Assembly: GCA_010093995.1 (NCBI GenBank) | Contig: ML992505.1 | Span: 609,392-673,391 of the forward strand | DNA: 64,000 nucleotides | Source of the DNA: Elsinoe ampelina | Taxonomy: Eukaryota | Direction of reading: 5' to 3' | Shown: positions 22,642-33,609 of the stretch, piece by piece | How positions within the stretch are numbered: position 1 is the first letter of the stretch | Layout of the letters: each line of letters begins with the position of its first letter | Notes under the pieces: model-generated | What the model was told of the DNA's origin: nothing | The model's input: the letters and a program-made list of their open reading frames with translations, nothing else | Database searches by the model: none | Program-made: the position numbers and the translations under genes

Positions 22642-22668
22642 AGACCGCGTCGCGCGTCAAGTCGCGTA
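22642..22668. promoter_or_regulatory. Cluster of MCB-like (ACGCG-core) elements upstream of CDT1
   Basis: GACCGCGTCGCGCGTCAAGTCGCGTAC: three CGCGT cores ~115-140 bp upstream of the ATG. Confidence 0.55.
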
Positions 22669-22914
22669 CACGGATCTCCCGATTGGTTAAATTGATTTCG
22701 TTGCTACGGCGGAACCAAGCCGCGATCATTGATCGCCCCATGGCCGAGGTCTTCACATGCGACTCGTACGCAACACATGTTATCGGTAAAAAATAGCAGA
22801 CTCGTCGCGATGATAATCCGATTCGTTCTACACCTTCGCTGTATCGCTAGGAGAAGACTCCGATCCCTGACCCATCCCTGACCGATTTCGTGCCATTCCA
22901 TGGTTGCCATATCT

Positions 22915-23454
22915 TTACTTGCCGCCGAACCAGCTTAAGAGACCAGACTTTGCCTTTGAGCCCTCTTGCTGGATCTTGGACGCAGCGTCTCCTACAGTCT
23001 TGTCAAATTTGTCGACAGCCTGGTTGAGTTCCTTGCCGGCCTCTTTGCGTGCCGCTTCAAATCTTTTCTCGGCGTCCGATGCGTAGCTATTGAGGTTCTT
23101 CTCAAGCTCAGCAGACTTTGATCTTGCTTCATTGATCTGGATGGGTCAACACGCTGTATATGAGAGCCAGAGGGTGTTCTTACAGTGGAATCGATTTGCG
23201 ATCCGACCTTCTGTCCGATGACTTTTGCTTCTGTCTTGACCTCCTTTCCCTTGCCAGGCAGCTCGTTTCTCACCGCGGATGACAGACGGGCAGCATCGTC
23301 TGTATAAATCAGCATCGATCGGGTATATGATCGTGTCTTGCTTACGCTCAGCTTGCTTCTCGGCGATCTTCGGGTCTCCGCCAGCTTTGAAAAGGTAGTA
23401 TCCCACACCACCTACTGCGGTCAACCCAATGACAGTGACGCCGCGACGAGACAT
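22915..23454 (-). CDS. Small conserved fungal protein with N-terminal anchor and LEA-like helical body (multi-exon)
   Basis: GLTAVGGVGYYL anchor, GT-AG introns, ends KSGLLSWFGGK*. Confidence 0.7.
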
Positions 23455-23782
23455 AGTGGAGCTGCTTGATGAAGCTAGAATTTGTGGTTCGGGTCAGATT
23501 GGTGAACACTGAGAATGATGATGGAGCAGATTCCGAGTCTTTATTAATGGGTAGCTGTCTCTTCTCAATTGAAACAAGCTCCTCCCCGTTGCTGGCCGCA
23601 TTCCTGCCGCCGACGTCACAGTGCGCTCAGCGAGGACAATTTGGGGAAGCGCGTCCAGACCACCGCGCTAGTCATTTGAGCCGCCTACTTTCGAGTCCAA
23701 CCTAAAGTTGCCTGACAAGTCATTCATATCTTTGACGACAGGAGGGCTGGAGAATTACGACGACTATGCATACACGGTGACA

Positions 23783-25405
23783 ATGTCGACTGCAGGTACT
23801 TCTTCAAGGCCTGGATCAACAACCAACAGTCCACCTCCTGAGACGACGGGGATCACCTTGGTAGACCACACCAAAACAGAACCGGCACCACAACAGGCAG
23901 GGAGTCGGGAACAGCCTTCGCGGACAGAAAGTAGACATGACTTGTCGAATCAGCCGTCCATAGAGCGGACTATTAGTAGGAAATGGACCCGCACATCTTT
24001 GCACCATGCCAGGACACAGCGCAAATACAGACGATACCAAGAGGATCGAATAGTACACAAGACCGATGAATCAGAAAATGCGCAAGCTACAGTCAAAGGA
24101 CGCCGGGAGAGGGGTAAGACTATAGTCAAGGATTTCTGGCGCGGCAAGAAGATCAAGCAGACACAAGAAGAGGACGCAATCATCGAGGTATTATACGAGA
24201 ATCAGCGAGGCTTCTTCACAATCGGCGTGCCGCATTTCTCATCAAAGTCACTGCTCAATTTCGACCCGAAAGCATGGACGAATGCCCGAATGCGAGGCAG
24301 CCCGGTCAACATCACCAATGCACAAGTGCCGGACCCGAATTGGGAATGGGCATGGAAGAGCTGGTATGTAGACATGTCTCGAGATGTGGATGAGGATGGT
24401 TGGGAATATTCTTTCGCCTTCTACGGCACACCCTGGCATGGTAGTCATCCTTGGTTTCACTCATTCGTACGCCGACGACGCTGGCTGCGCAAACGAGTCC
24501 GTAACCACACCCACCACGCTCATGGTCGAACGCCGGGTCAGAAGCACTTGTCGGAAGCCCATATGCTCACTCCAGAGTACTTTACAATCCACCCGAGCAA
24601 GACACGTAGTATCGATGAGACTCGGGCAGGAAGCATAGCAACATCCAATTCCGGCCTGAGGAGAAGCTTCACCTCCGACGACGATCAAAAGGATGCCTCG
24701 GAAGTCCGTGACATCGCCACGCTTCTCACGCTTCTCAAACGCGCTACCATCGATCGCGAGAAGATCGTTCTTATCCGCAGCTTCCTCCACAACGCCGAGG
24801 ACGAGCTGTTTTACCTGGAAGAAGAAATGCCACATATCATGTCACTATTGATGTTTCAGAACTCTCGCCGAGACCTCCTCAAAATGCTCATGGACGACCT
24901 ATCCGCCGCCTCTGAACACCGAGAAGAACACAAATCCGATGACAAGGAAGAAGGCGAGCGGGAAGGCAAACGCATCACATACCTACTCAAGGCCACCGAA
25001 GCAGCAGACAAACAGGTCAAGAAATTAGAGTATTGGAGCGACATCCGAACCATGGTGCGAGAAGGCAAGACAGCAACAGCAGTGGACGGCTCAAGCTGGG
25101 ATCGAGAGAAGTGGTCAGGCGCAGACGCCAGCGGGCCGCTGAACAACGACTACTCCGACGCAAAGGAGCCGGGGAAGACGAGTGATGAGGTCAAGAGGGA
25201 GATGGAGATTCTGGAGAGGAGTAGCACCAGAGGTACGGAAGACGAAGATACGAGAAAGGCGAAGGTGGCGAACGAGAAGGCCGAGGAGAGAGATGAAGAG
25301 ACACGGGAAGAGGAGAGCGTCCCGGCTATTGCTAGCAGTGAGGGCGAGTACAAGACGGCAGAAGAGGTTCCGATCAGCTTGGACAAGGGAAAGGGAAAGG
25401 CATAG
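23783..25405 (+). CDS. Dysferlin-domain protein, mug65/Spo73-like
   Basis: LYENQRG, WEWAWKSWYVDM..DVDEDGWEY and FVRRRRWLRKR dysferlin motifs. Confidence 0.8.
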   Translation: MSTAGTSSRPGSTTNSPPPETTGITLVDHTKTEPAPQQAGSREQPSRTESRHDLSNQPSIERTISRKWTRTSLHHARTQRKYRRYQEDRIVHKTDESENAQATVKGRRERGKTIVKDFWRGKKIKQTQEEDAIIEVLYENQRGFFTIGVPHFSSKSLLNFDPKAWTNARMRGSPVNITNAQVPDPNWEWAWKSWYVDMSRDVDEDGWEYSFAFYGTPWHGSHPWFHSFVRRRRWLRKRVRNHTHHAHGRTPGQKHLSEAHMLTPEYFTIHPSKTRSIDETRAGSIATSNSGLRRSFTSDDDQKDASEVRDIATLLTLLKRATIDREKIVLIRSFLHNAEDELFYLEEEMPHIMSLLMFQNSRRDLLKMLMDDLSAASEHREEHKSDDKEEGEREGKRITYLLKATEAADKQVKKLEYWSDIRTMVREGKTATAVDGSSWDREKWSGADASGPLNNDYSDAKEPGKTSDEVKREMEILERSSTRGTEDEDTRKAKVANEKAEERDEETREEESVPAIASSEGEYKTAEEVPISLDKGKGKA

Positions 25406-25604
25406 CGTAATGATCCGTTGCATTATTCATGATTGTACATTAGCATGGCGAAGGCACTGTCGACGGTGGTAAATACATCTTTACATCATTCCCTTTCCAT
25501 CCTCGATGTGGGCCGTAAAGGCAACTGCATCAGCACACGGACTTTTGCATACCCTTCTGTACGCCACCTCTCGCGAAATTCGCCTTCCGTCCGCCTCGCT
25601 CAAG

Positions 25605-26241
25605 CTACAAGGCCGTGCCCGAGTCGCGGCCTCTGGGTGCGTGGAACTTCCCCGCAGCTTGCATTAAGAGCTTCCCGAACGTAGAGGTTTGAAGATCAGT
25701 CCTCCATGAAGACTCCAAGATCACAGACTCTGCAAGCGAAGGATCGGCGCCGTACGTGAGTAAGACTCTCGCAGCATCGGCCTGGAGATCTCCTGGATCA
25801 ATCCGGCACCCGTCCGGGGTACCGGCGACCTGTTTTCGCGAGTTGATGCAACGGGGTATCTGCCTTGGTGCCTTGCGTGTCGACTTTGACGCCATATTCG
25901 AGCAAGATTTGCGAGAAGTAAGCCTTGTCGAGGTGATTGGCGTCAACGACGCAGTGGGACAACATCTCCAAGTTGAATGTCATGCCTGTCGGAAGGTATA
26001 CCTCCACCTATGCCAACCATGAGGCCGACTTTCAAGCCGGGAAACGAATTCATCATATCCTTGGCCACGTCGCAGGCCGATACAGTTCCATAGGCACCAA
26101 GTATGGCCACGGCCAAGAGCATGCCTGGTATTCCAGGCCATCGAATTGCTGCTCATCGAATAATAGCATGACAGCCTCCAGCTCGATCGGCAAAGCACAG
26201 ATGACCGCAATGGTGGTCTGATCCTTGGTGATAGACGCCAT
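25605..26241 (-). pseudogene. Relic of a PNP_UDP/ankyrin NLR-like gene
   Basis: Starts TIAVICALPIELEAV..FDE (PNP_UDP N-terminus), then a stop and out-of-frame ankyrin fragments (LLEYGVKVD..DTPLH, VLLTYGADP). Confidence 0.6.
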
Positions 26242-26604
26242 GATGATAGATTACAGTATGCATTTTCAAGCTGCAGTTGGCAATGTTATTCACTTCTGAT
26301 TTCAAAAAGCAAAGGTTCCTACACTGCGAGGCACAATGCTCATTGCATTCCATGGTTGAGAAGTATAGGCGCTCAGCTGCGGCCGACGTGCAGACTTGCC
26401 TTGGGTTATTGTCCCAACCGTGTGCTGGCAGGATCAAAGATTGCCGGCACGCCGGTCACGTGAGAGTCTCCGGCCGAAGCTGCAGAAAGAGGTCGGGTAA
26501 AATTGCCCTACAGAAAACTCCATGATCAAAAAAGTTCACCCACCCATGTCCTTGCTCTACGAGTAGCACTTCACTCTTCTCGCTCTTTCTCTCCCAACGA
26601 CAAG

Positions 26605-28230
26605 ATGGCAGCCGAGGTCGCTCCTCTCCCTCTGCTCGCTTCAGCTCCAGGCCCCTCAACAACCACACCGGACCAATCCTACTGGCGCAGCTTCAAATCC
26701 CAACTCCTGCTCCCCTCCCCTCAGTCCGCACCCATAACGCACATCTCAACGCCGCTGTCCTTCTCCTCCAATGCGACCTCCGCCACCACTCCGGATACAT
26801 TCGCCCTCACCTCCGGCTCCCGCATCACTCTCCTCTCGACCCGCACCCGCCGCGTGACAAAGACAATCACCCGCATCTCCTTCTCCGACACGGCACACTC
26901 TGGCGAGATCCGGCGGGATGGTCGTATCGTCCTCGCGGCAGGTGAGACTGGCGCGATCCAGGCATTCGACGCGAATAGCCGCGCTGTACTCCGGACATGG
27001 AAAGAGCACAAGCAGGCGGCGTGGAGTGTACGGTGGAACCCGGCGACATTGACGGAGAGCATGAGTTGTAGTGACGACACAACAGTCAGAATATGGGATT
27101 TGCCGACGGAGGACAGTGTAGGGAAGTTCTACGGGCATGGGGATTACGTGAGGTCGGGGACGTACTTGGAGGGCGCAGGTGGAAAGGTACTGGTCAGTGG
27201 GAGTTATGATCGGACAGTGAGAGTATGGGATTCGAGGTCGGGGAAGAGTGTCATGTGTTTTGCGTTTTCGGATCCAGTGGAGACGGTGTTAGGGTTGGGA
27301 GACGGCGGCACGGTGGTTGCAGGAGCTGGCGAGAAGATTGGCGTCCTGGATTTGACAGCTGGGCGGCCAAGGGAGGTGCTGCAGAACCATCAAAAGACGG
27401 TGACGAGTCTGGCCGTGGCGAGCAAGGGTACGAGAGTGGTCAGTGGTGGGCTGGATGGGCATGTCAAGGTCTTTGACACGAGCAATTGGAAGGTGGTGGC
27501 AGGCTTCAAGTATCCAAGCCCGGTTATGAGTGTAGGGGTCATTGCATCTGGAGCAGAAAAGGAGGATCGACATTTGTGCGTGGGTATGCAGAGCGGGCTT
27601 CTATCAATACGAACGAGACTGAGCGGACAGCAAAAGGTTGCAGCCAAGGAGAGAGAAAAGGAGATGAAGGCACTGGTCGAGGGCAAGATTGATGAATTCG
27701 ACAAGAAGCGGAAGAAGCTCCGGCAAGGCGACAAGAAGCGCCTACGAGGCAAGGACTTTACCGGCGAGGGTGCAGATATCGTGATTGAAGGCAACGTGAG
27801 GGGCAAGATCAAGAATCAGTCGAAGTGGGAGACTGCTCTACGGAAAGGACAATGGCAGCACTCGATTGACATTTTACTATCGCAACAGAACATACCCAAG
27901 GATGCCATGATGACTCTGCTTACGGCTCTTCATCATCGATCAGCTCTTCGAGCAGCTCTGACGGGCAAGGACGAAGCGACTCTGGCTCCACTGCTCAAGT
28001 GGATCACCAAAAACATCAACGATCCGAGGTATGTTCGACTGCTGTCGGACGTTGCACTACATCTGCTGGACATCTATGCGCCGCAAATGGGTGGTGATGA
28101 TCGAGGTGAACAGAGTCTGGACTCGATGGTAGCACAGCTTCATCGAAGGGTCAGGCACGCTGTGGAGATGGCAAAGACAGCTGGGTCGACGGGCGGTATG
28201 CTGGACTTTGTTGGTGTTGAGGCAGGGTGA
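26605..28230 (+). CDS. UTP15: U3 snoRNP WD40 protein Utp15
   Basis: WD40 repeats (GHGDYVRSG, SGSYDRTVRVWD, NHQKTVTSL) plus UTP15_C-like HRSALRAAL. Confidence 0.92.
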   Translation: MAAEVAPLPLLASAPGPSTTTPDQSYWRSFKSQLLLPSPQSAPITHISTPLSFSSNATSATTPDTFALTSGSRITLLSTRTRRVTKTITRISFSDTAHSGEIRRDGRIVLAAGETGAIQAFDANSRAVLRTWKEHKQAAWSVRWNPATLTESMSCSDDTTVRIWDLPTEDSVGKFYGHGDYVRSGTYLEGAGGKVLVSGSYDRTVRVWDSRSGKSVMCFAFSDPVETVLGLGDGGTVVAGAGEKIGVLDLTAGRPREVLQNHQKTVTSLAVASKGTRVVSGGLDGHVKVFDTSNWKVVAGFKYPSPVMSVGVIASGAEKEDRHLCVGMQSGLLSIRTRLSGQQKVAAKEREKEMKALVEGKIDEFDKKRKKLRQGDKKRLRGKDFTGEGADIVIEGNVRGKIKNQSKWETALRKGQWQHSIDILLSQQNIPKDAMMTLLTALHHRSALRAALTGKDEATLAPLLKWITKNINDPRYVRLLSDVALHLLDIYAPQMGGDDRGEQSLDSMVAQLHRRVRHAVEMAKTAGSTGGMLDFVGVEAG

Positions 28231-28808
28231 AGCCGTGCTTGATTCTGGTATATCACATCTGGATCTAGCAATTTCACGGTCACAGCGGCCGAAGCGGGCA
28301 GGTGTTGCACCGAAGCGGTTCATCTCAAGAATCTTGCTGTCATATCAGACCTGCAGTCAACACAATGGTACGACAGACACCTTGTTGCCATCCAGCACAC
28401 GTCGATCAACCGAAGGCTCATGTCCGGCAAGCATGCCGACTACCCCACCCCTGCATAGGCCATGGCAAGCTACAGAGGCTTGAGTCTCGACATGCTAGAA
28501 CGACGCTTAAGCAGGAGAATGTATGGGTGTAAAAGCTGATGCTATACTCGTCCATACGAGATGGAAACGCCTAAGGAGAGGCAAAAGATACTCGCACAGA
28601 TACAGATATCCAACGATCCGCCTTTTTCCAGAATCGCAACTCCCAGTTTGTGGTATCCCAACGAATGACCTCCCAATGCACCATCGCTGTGTCCCAATAT
28701 GCCTACAAGTCTCAAACAGTGTCCAAAAACAAATCATAAATCATGACCCCTGTCCCTCCTCTTCCCCCTCATCCCTCCTCTCCATTCCCCAACCAGCTCC
28801 AATCCACC

Positions 28809-30191
28809 CTACAAATTCCCCACCGCCCAATCCCTCCACTCTCCCCCACCCACCCTCTCCCCCTTCCCCTTCCTCACCGCCCCCCTGACCCCCTCAACCA
28901 ACCTCCCCTCCCCGGCCTCCTCAACCTCTCTCAACCTCCCCCTCAACCCCGCATCCCTCTTCACCCACCCCAACGCATCCCCCATCTTGATCGCCTCTCT
29001 GTACAAGAACACATTCCCCGCCTCCACCTCCCTGTACGGACTCTGGCCCCCGAGGAGAAGCGTGAGCAGCGTCATGCCCAGACCGTACACGTCCGACGCG
29101 TACGAAGGCTCGTTGAGCGCGGGGTTGGACTGGAGTTGTTCGGGCGCCATGAAGGCCCATGTCCCGCCCCCCGCAGCGAGGGAGGATGACCCGCCTGCTT
29201 TACGCTGGGAGTTGTTCCGCGACGGCGGGACGGAGGGGGCGGGGGAGAGGGGGAGATGTGGATCCTGGGTTTGGGAGTGGGGCTGGGTGGGGGCGTCGTA
29301 GGGTAGAGTGGAGAGGAAGGAGGCGGAGAAGTCTGCGAAGCGGGCGAGGGGCGGGAGGCCCGGGCGGGGGTCGAGGAGGATGTTGGCTGGTTTGATGTCG
29401 GCGTGGATGAGGGAGAGGGTGTGCAGGTGGTGGAGGCCGGTGATGAGGTTGAGGAAGATGGAGGGCCCGGTGGTGAGGAGGGCGGGGAGGGGGGTGTTGA
29501 GGGCGTAGGTCTGCAGGTCGAGGGAGGCGCAGTCGAAGATTAGTGCGGACGAGGCGTTGGCGAGGCCGTGGAAGGGGATGAGGAATTGGGGACTTGCGGG
29601 GTGGGTGGAGAGGTATGTGAGGAGGCGTGCTTCTTCGGCGAAGACTTCGTTGGCGTCGGGGCGGGAGGCGGTTTTGACGGCGTAGACGCTGGTGGTGGGG
29701 GTGGGTTTTTGAGGGGTCGTGGGTGGTGTGAGGAGGTCGGTGGGGAACAGAGGTGGGTGGATGGAGGGAGCGGTGACTTTGTACACGTTCGACCAGAGGC
29801 CGGTGCCTAGCAATTCACCGCCGGATATGTCGATGCTGATGTCGTCTGGTATAGCTTTGAGTACTGGTGTCCTCGGTTCATGCTGGGAGATGGAATTGCT
29901 TGGACTGCGGTTGGGTGGAGTCGACGGCGGGCTTATCACGCCGTTGTGCCCGAGATGTGGAGTCGACCTGACAGGTATCGTCACCGCTCGTTGTATGTGT
30001 CCTGGTACAGCTAAGGTGGAGTGTTGTGGTACTTCCGGCTGCTGTGACGACCGGGATGTGGCAATGTGCTTGTCGTTGCCATTCTGGGGCACGTCCTGCA
30101 GTAATACCGACCCGCATGCAACTTGCAGGTCAATGGCCACAGAATCGCTAATGACCCTGATCGGGTACGGTCTTTGTTGTCGTCCAGCCAT
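28809..30191 (-). CDS. Fungal Ser/Thr protein kinase-like protein
   Basis: LGTGLWSNVY, YAVK, HADIKPANILL, ADFS, MAPE and SDVYGLG subdomains. Confidence 0.85.
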   Translation of the reverse strand: MAGRQQRPYPIRVISDSVAIDLQVACGSVLLQDVPQNGNDKHIATSRSSQQPEVPQHSTLAVPGHIQRAVTIPVRSTPHLGHNGVISPPSTPPNRSPSNSISQHEPRTPVLKAIPDDISIDISGGELLGTGLWSNVYKVTAPSIHPPLFPTDLLTPPTTPQKPTPTTSVYAVKTASRPDANEVFAEEARLLTYLSTHPASPQFLIPFHGLANASSALIFDCASLDLQTYALNTPLPALLTTGPSIFLNLITGLHHLHTLSLIHADIKPANILLDPRPGLPPLARFADFSASFLSTLPYDAPTQPHSQTQDPHLPLSPAPSVPPSRNNSQRKAGGSSSLAAGGGTWAFMAPEQLQSNPALNEPSYASDVYGLGMTLLTLLLGGQSPYREVEAGNVFLYREAIKMGDALGWVKRDAGLRGRLREVEEAGEGRLVEGVRGAVRKGKGERVGGGEWRDWAVGNL

Positions 30192-31238
30192 GGTGTCAAT
30201 ACGCGTTTCTCCTTAGTTGCAGCTACACGTACACGCGCTGTGTTGATATATGTCCAGTCGCGGTCTTGAGTACATTTTTAAAGAACAAAATAGAGTGAGC
30301 CGCAGATGACCTCCAGTTTCAGACGGGTCTATTGCGTCTAGGGCCGTTTGTACTGGTCGCGCAACGTCGTCTGGACTGCTACTCTCAGGGTAGCGAGAAG
30401 CGGCCAAGGGCAAAAAAGACCACGAGGAGAAACAAAGCCGTTTGACTGATGCACAACGGGCTATCGCAAAAGGGAATATTGAGGTCTGAAATAGTTGGAA
30501 AGTAACCAAAAGCGTCTTGAGCCCAGAAAAATCAATTGAGGACGAGGAGGGAAAAGAAAGTCATACTGTAATAGGGCACATGAAAGGATCATGATCAAAG
30601 GTTGAGGCTACAACGGATGAGCAAAGCAAAATGCATACTCCTCCATCCTTCAGTCAGAAACCCACCGATAAGATCCGCGCCGGGTGATGCCCGATCAGCG
30701 CTTGGGACTATACCTATTCCTGGGGCCTTATTGATATCGTTTATGCGTATCAGAGACACGTCCACATTTGGCCGCAGTCTCCGGTGACACAAGAATGCAG
30801 GACATTTTCAGCGGGTTGACGACAACGATGCGCAATACACTGCACATCCATTCCAGAACCTGGCCATGATGGAGAAGGGGGGATAGGGTAGGGCTGCACC
30901 GCCGGTACAGGATCCTGAGAAAGCTGTCGAAGCAGACACGTGGGTGGAGCTGAGGGACAGAGGGAAACCGCTTGATCTCCACAGAGAAGGATGCAGTCAT
31001 CACATTGATTCGTGACCCATTTTCAAGGTCTTCACCCCGCCCTCCATCGACGAGACAGGGCTCGGAGCGGCCCAGTGACCCTTATCGCTGCTTGAACCAC
31101 TCATCGGGTCCTTATTCCCAGAGGCTTTCTTCGAACTGTGGTTGATGATAAGAGGACTTAACTTCGATAGTCCACAATGATGGATTACAGTCATGGTAAG
31201 TTTGATATGACATTGTGGGCAAGATGGGTATCTCTGTA

Positions 31239-33401
31239 TCAAATACTGTCGCGATAAACCTTTATCGTCCCTTTGATGCGACTCCAGATATGTACAAGAT
31301 GACTCCCGACGAGACTTCCGCCACAAGCGATGAGAAGATTTGACTTGTCACGCGCAAGCCACACGTCACTTCCCGCCAGCGCCGTGACGGTGGCTTCGCA
31401 AGATGTGACGGCGGCAAGAGTGGAAAGGTAGGCTGCCACTATCAACGCGACACGTAAGATGTAGTCTGCCAGGGTTATTAGTGGTGTTATGCCCAGAGCA
31501 TAACGTTGCGCAAGGAACGTCTTGGTGACCAGAGTCCGGTACTCTGCAGCCTCGTCTGCTGTGATTCTTTGCATGACAAAGTGGTCCAGCTGTGATAGTC
31601 GGGGTGGCCGGATGTCTTCTACAGACATGCCTGGCGTTGGTTTTCTTGGTGGTTCCTCCTCGTAATTGACAGGTGGTGGTGAACACCTTGAGTTCTTCAG
31701 GACATCCCACTGCCATTTCTCTACTCTGTTGTATCTTTTGATACCAGGCCGCTTGGAGTCTTCCGCCAGTAGCATATCGAGGATATCTGGCTTGGACAGA
31801 GACACTGTGCGATTCTTCTCGTCTGTGCAGAAACCTTCGCGGTTGAACGCCTCCGTGAGATGAGGATAATGAATCAATCGACTGTAGAATGCTGGCCCCG
31901 TCACATCGATCTCTAGACTCTGAATTCCTTCTTCCGTCTTCTCTGCTGCTGGTGATCTCCATCTCTGCGACTCACCAATGTCCCCCGGCGGATGGTAGAC
32001 AATCTCGATTGGGAGCTGACTTCTTTCCACCAAGAACTTCAAGTACTTGCTGAAGCAACCCTCGATGAGGCGCTCTTCCGCTGTCGTCCTCCTTCCCAGA
32101 CTCGTTGCAAGTACCTCCGGCCGATACCAAACGTGCAGCTTCCTCGCGAAGTAAAGCTTAAAGGCCTCATAGATGATGCGAGGGAAGGTCATGAAGCCAA
32201 CCCAAAACCAGCCTGTGATGAGCCGGCATAGCTGCCAATTGGTGATTGTCGACGGATCGATAGCGGGTCCTTCCGAGAAGACTCGAGCCACGAGCTTGGT
32301 ATGATTCTTCGACGACTTGAGGGTGATGAGATTGTCGAAGCTCGTTTCCAGGCTTTTGCCAGCATGGTAAGGATCCTTCGCTTGCAATGAGTAGGAACCT
32401 TTTCTCGAGTTGAAGGGAGAAACGTGAAAGTCTTTCGTCCATGATTTTTTGAATTTGCCGTTAACCTCGTCGTCTGCCTTGAGCAGATACATCCTTCGTT
32501 CGTCAAAGGTGTTGTTGACTTCTAGTAGCATCATTTTAAGCTCTGACTGCGCACCGTAAATGTACCAGAATGACACCGGGTTGAATGAGTAGCCAAGGAA
32601 GCGAGGTGCTGTGCATAGGTAGGCAAAGGACCAGTCATCGTCCTTGACTCCTTCACTCCGGAGGTACGTCCTGAGCTTGGTCTCTAGAGTGACCGGCTTG
32701 GTGCTCCTATTCAAGTAGTCGGCACTGTTGACATCAAACCAGCCATACTTCCTCTGCTGCTTCGCAAGTCTGTCTACATCGGCAGACAAGGTCGTCCCCG
32801 ATCGTCCTCTCCACCCAACAGGAATGCCGACGTAGAAGTAGGAGTAGGCAAACGAGTGCCTCTTTGGGAAGAATCGAGTATGTGTCGTCTTTGCTGGGAA
32901 TAATAATGGTGGCATCAAGAACTTTTCCATCCGTGGCGATTGCTCCTCTACAGAATCTTCTGCCTCTGCATTCGCCAGCTCCTCAGCCTTATCCGGCTTC
33001 GCTGCACCTCCCAGATTGCCAATTACGCTGCATATTCCAAATCCGACGTATAGGAAACAAATCGTGGACAACATCTTCTGCCAGTGTTGCCAGTCTATCG
33101 CCAGATCTTCAGGCCGGAAAGCTACCGCCTTGAAGATGTAGTAGCCCGAGAAGTCCGGATCGAGGACGACTTGTTTGATGAAATAGATCGGGTACAGGAA
33201 TATCCCATGTTTGAACAGCAGTATCATTGTCGGCATCCACCACATTGGATTCAGATATGGCAGGAGTGGCGTGAACCATTGTGGCCCTGAGCACAACTGG
33301 ATCGCAAGAGAGACCTCGGGGATTTTCAAGGCGAATCGAATGAAGAGGTACACAAGCCATCCAATGCATATATCGCGGACATGAGCCGCTCGAGTTTTCA
33401 T
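31239..33401 (-). CDS. DUF1365-domain membrane protein
   Basis: HTRFFPKRHSFAY, PRFLGYSFNPVSFWY, EVNNTFDERRMY and KDFHVSPFN motifs; start codon uncertain. Confidence 0.85.
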   Translation of the reverse strand: MKTRAAHVRDICIGWLVYLFIRFALKIPEVSLAIQLCSGPQWFTPLLPYLNPMWWMPTMILLFKHGIFLYPIYFIKQVVLDPDFSGYYIFKAVAFRPEDLAIDWQHWQKMLSTICFLYVGFGICSVIGNLGGAAKPDKAEELANAEAEDSVEEQSPRMEKFLMPPLLFPAKTTHTRFFPKRHSFAYSYFYVGIPVGWRGRSGTTLSADVDRLAKQQRKYGWFDVNSADYLNRSTKPVTLETKLRTYLRSEGVKDDDWSFAYLCTAPRFLGYSFNPVSFWYIYGAQSELKMMLLEVNNTFDERRMYLLKADDEVNGKFKKSWTKDFHVSPFNSRKGSYSLQAKDPYHAGKSLETSFDNLITLKSSKNHTKLVARVFSEGPAIDPSTITNWQLCRLITGWFWVGFMTFPRIIYEAFKLYFARKLHVWYRPEVLATSLGRRTTAEERLIEGCFSKYLKFLVERSQLPIEIVYHPPGDIGESQRWRSPAAEKTEEGIQSLEIDVTGPAFYSRLIHYPHLTEAFNREGFCTDEKNRTVSLSKPDILDMLLAEDSKRPGIKRYNRVEKWQWDVLKNSRCSPPPVNYEEEPPRKPTPGMSVEDIRPPRLSQLDHFVMQRITADEAAEYRTLVTKTFLAQRYALGITPLITLADYILRVALIVAAYLSTLAAVTSCEATVTALAGSDVWLARDKSNLLIACGGSLVGSHLVHIWSRIKGTIKVYRDSI

Positions 33402-33609
33402 GTTCGTATCATGGCAGTCGTGTACTGCCGTCGTAGAACTATGTGGCGTGTGTATACAAAATGGATATCTTGACGTCAAACTTGGGCTCCGCAATGTCCC
33501 GCTTTCACCTCGATCACCGAGCATGGTGGCGTTTGTTTATGGATTAATTATAGGATTCATGGTAAGATAATTTGACTACGATCTATTTCTACAGCTGGCT
33601 CATACATCA

